Below are positions 63,245-64,000 of a stretch of DNA of 64,000 nt, in pieces. The stretch is from contig JACPJC010000001.1 of NCBI GenBank assembly GCA_016187745.1, positions 29,571 through 93,570 on the forward strand, in the 5' to 3' direction. The notes beneath the pieces were generated by a model that made no database searches, was not told the DNA's origin, and saw only the letters and a list, made by a program, of their open reading frames with translations. The stretch comes from Candidatus Iainarchaeum sp. (lineage in GTDB: Archaea; Iainarchaeota; Iainarchaeia; Iainarchaeales; JAXPJC01). Numbering within the stretch: position 1 is the stretch's first letter; every line of letters begins with the position of its first letter. Made by a program: the position numbers and the translations under genes.

Positions 63245-63347
63245 TCAATCACTCCTTCACTAAATAAAATTGCTGTTTTTGTACCTCTTATATATTGCCA
63301 CCCCCTATGGTGGTGGATTTAAAAAGAGAAACTTACAATATTCATAG

Positions 63348-64000
63348 ATGATAAAAGAAAGCCTTGAGCAGGCAGGCCTCAGCAAGAACGAGACAAAGGT
63401 ATATGTTGCGCTGCTCCCTTTAGGCTCTGCAACAGCAGGCGAATTGATAAGCAAGGCTGCAATTCCAAGGTCAAAGATTTATGTTGTACTTGACAGGCTC
63501 ATTGAGAAAGGCCTTGCCTCTTTTGTTGCCAAGGGCAAAACAAGATATTTCCAAGCAAGCCCACCCTATCACTTAAAGGAAATCCTTGAGAAAAAGGAAG
63601 AGGCAATAAAAATACAGAAGCAGGAAATAGAAAAAATAATCCCAAAATTAGTGGAAATGCAGAAAACAGGCTACGAGGAGCAAAAGGCAACATTGTTTGA
63701 GGGGATAAAGGGGGTTAAGGCGGCAGTAACCGACATAATCAATACGCTTAGAAAAGGAAACAGTTATGATGTTTTCACAATGGGCGAAGAATTAGAGAAA
63801 GAAGATGTGATGCTCTTCTTCAGGTGGTATCATACTCAAAGAGCCAAGAAAGGGATTGGCGTAAGGCTTATCACAAATAAAAATGTGAGCAGGGTAATGA
63901 GAAAATATCACATGTATCCTTTGATGAAACTGCGCATATCCGAACAAATAATGCCGACAGGAATTTTCATATATGCCGATAAGGTGCTAACTCTAATTTG
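63348..64000 (+). CDS. TrmB-family transcriptional regulator; partial, continues past the window end
   Basis: MIKESLEQAGLSKNETKVYVALLPLGSATAGELISKAAIPRSKIYVVLDRLIEKGLA... is the TrmB N-terminal wHTH. No stop codon before position 64000. Confidence 0.65.
   Translation, partial: MIKESLEQAGLSKNETKVYVALLPLGSATAGELISKAAIPRSKIYVVLDRLIEKGLASFVAKGKTRYFQASPPYHLKEILEKKEEAIKIQKQEIEKIIPKLVEMQKTGYEEQKATLFEGIKGVKAAVTDIINTLRKGNSYDVFTMGEELEKEDVMLFFRWYHTQRAKKGIGVRLITNKNVSRVMRKYHMYPLMKLRISEQIMPTGIFIYADKVLTLI

Overview
This 64-kb window has moderate-to-low GC and comes from an archaeal chromosome. The archaeal markers are a group II chaperonin (thermosome), the tRNA-splicing endonuclease EndA, deoxyhypusine synthase, a eukaryote/archaeal-type TrpRS, Sec61-beta, an archaeal-type SSB, a histone-fold-like protein and an Lhr helicase. 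A bacterial-type MetK, many small hypothetical genes and several surface-protein genes sit among them, which fits a DPANN-like or other reduced-genome archaeon; that assignment is inference only. Most of the window is housekeeping: ileS, trpS, pyrG, prs, pckG, trxB, metK, a cysteine desulfurase, a DEAD-box helicase, and tRNA-Ile(UAU) and tRNA-Pro(CGG).

The parts that deserve a second look are:
- An 803-aa secreted protein built from two Q/G-rich FG-repeat regions, cysteine-rich CGNxxCE..NCxxDC repeats, a Thr/Ala-rich stalk and a C-terminal coiled coil.
- A second membrane-anchored protein carrying the same cysteine-rich repeat type.
- A block of three to four cell-surface protein modules, two of which lie in one frame with no stop codon between them.
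- A hypusine/polyamine operon in which the AdoMetDC (SpeH) core is fused to a multi-pass membrane domain and overlaps an SPFH gene.
- A tRNA-Ile with anticodon UAU immediately upstream of ileS.
- A tnpB-only IS200/IS605 element with both subterminal hairpins visible.
- A 1.25-kb insertion next to a vapBC pair, bracketed by a duplicated copy of the trxB 3' end.
- A 34-bp perfect tandem duplication that frameshifts an ABC substrate-binding-protein gene.
- An HTH+CBS regulator divergent from metK.
- A P-loop/PP-loop fusion enzyme next to a DUF362-ferredoxin gene.

No CRISPR array and no rRNA gene were seen.
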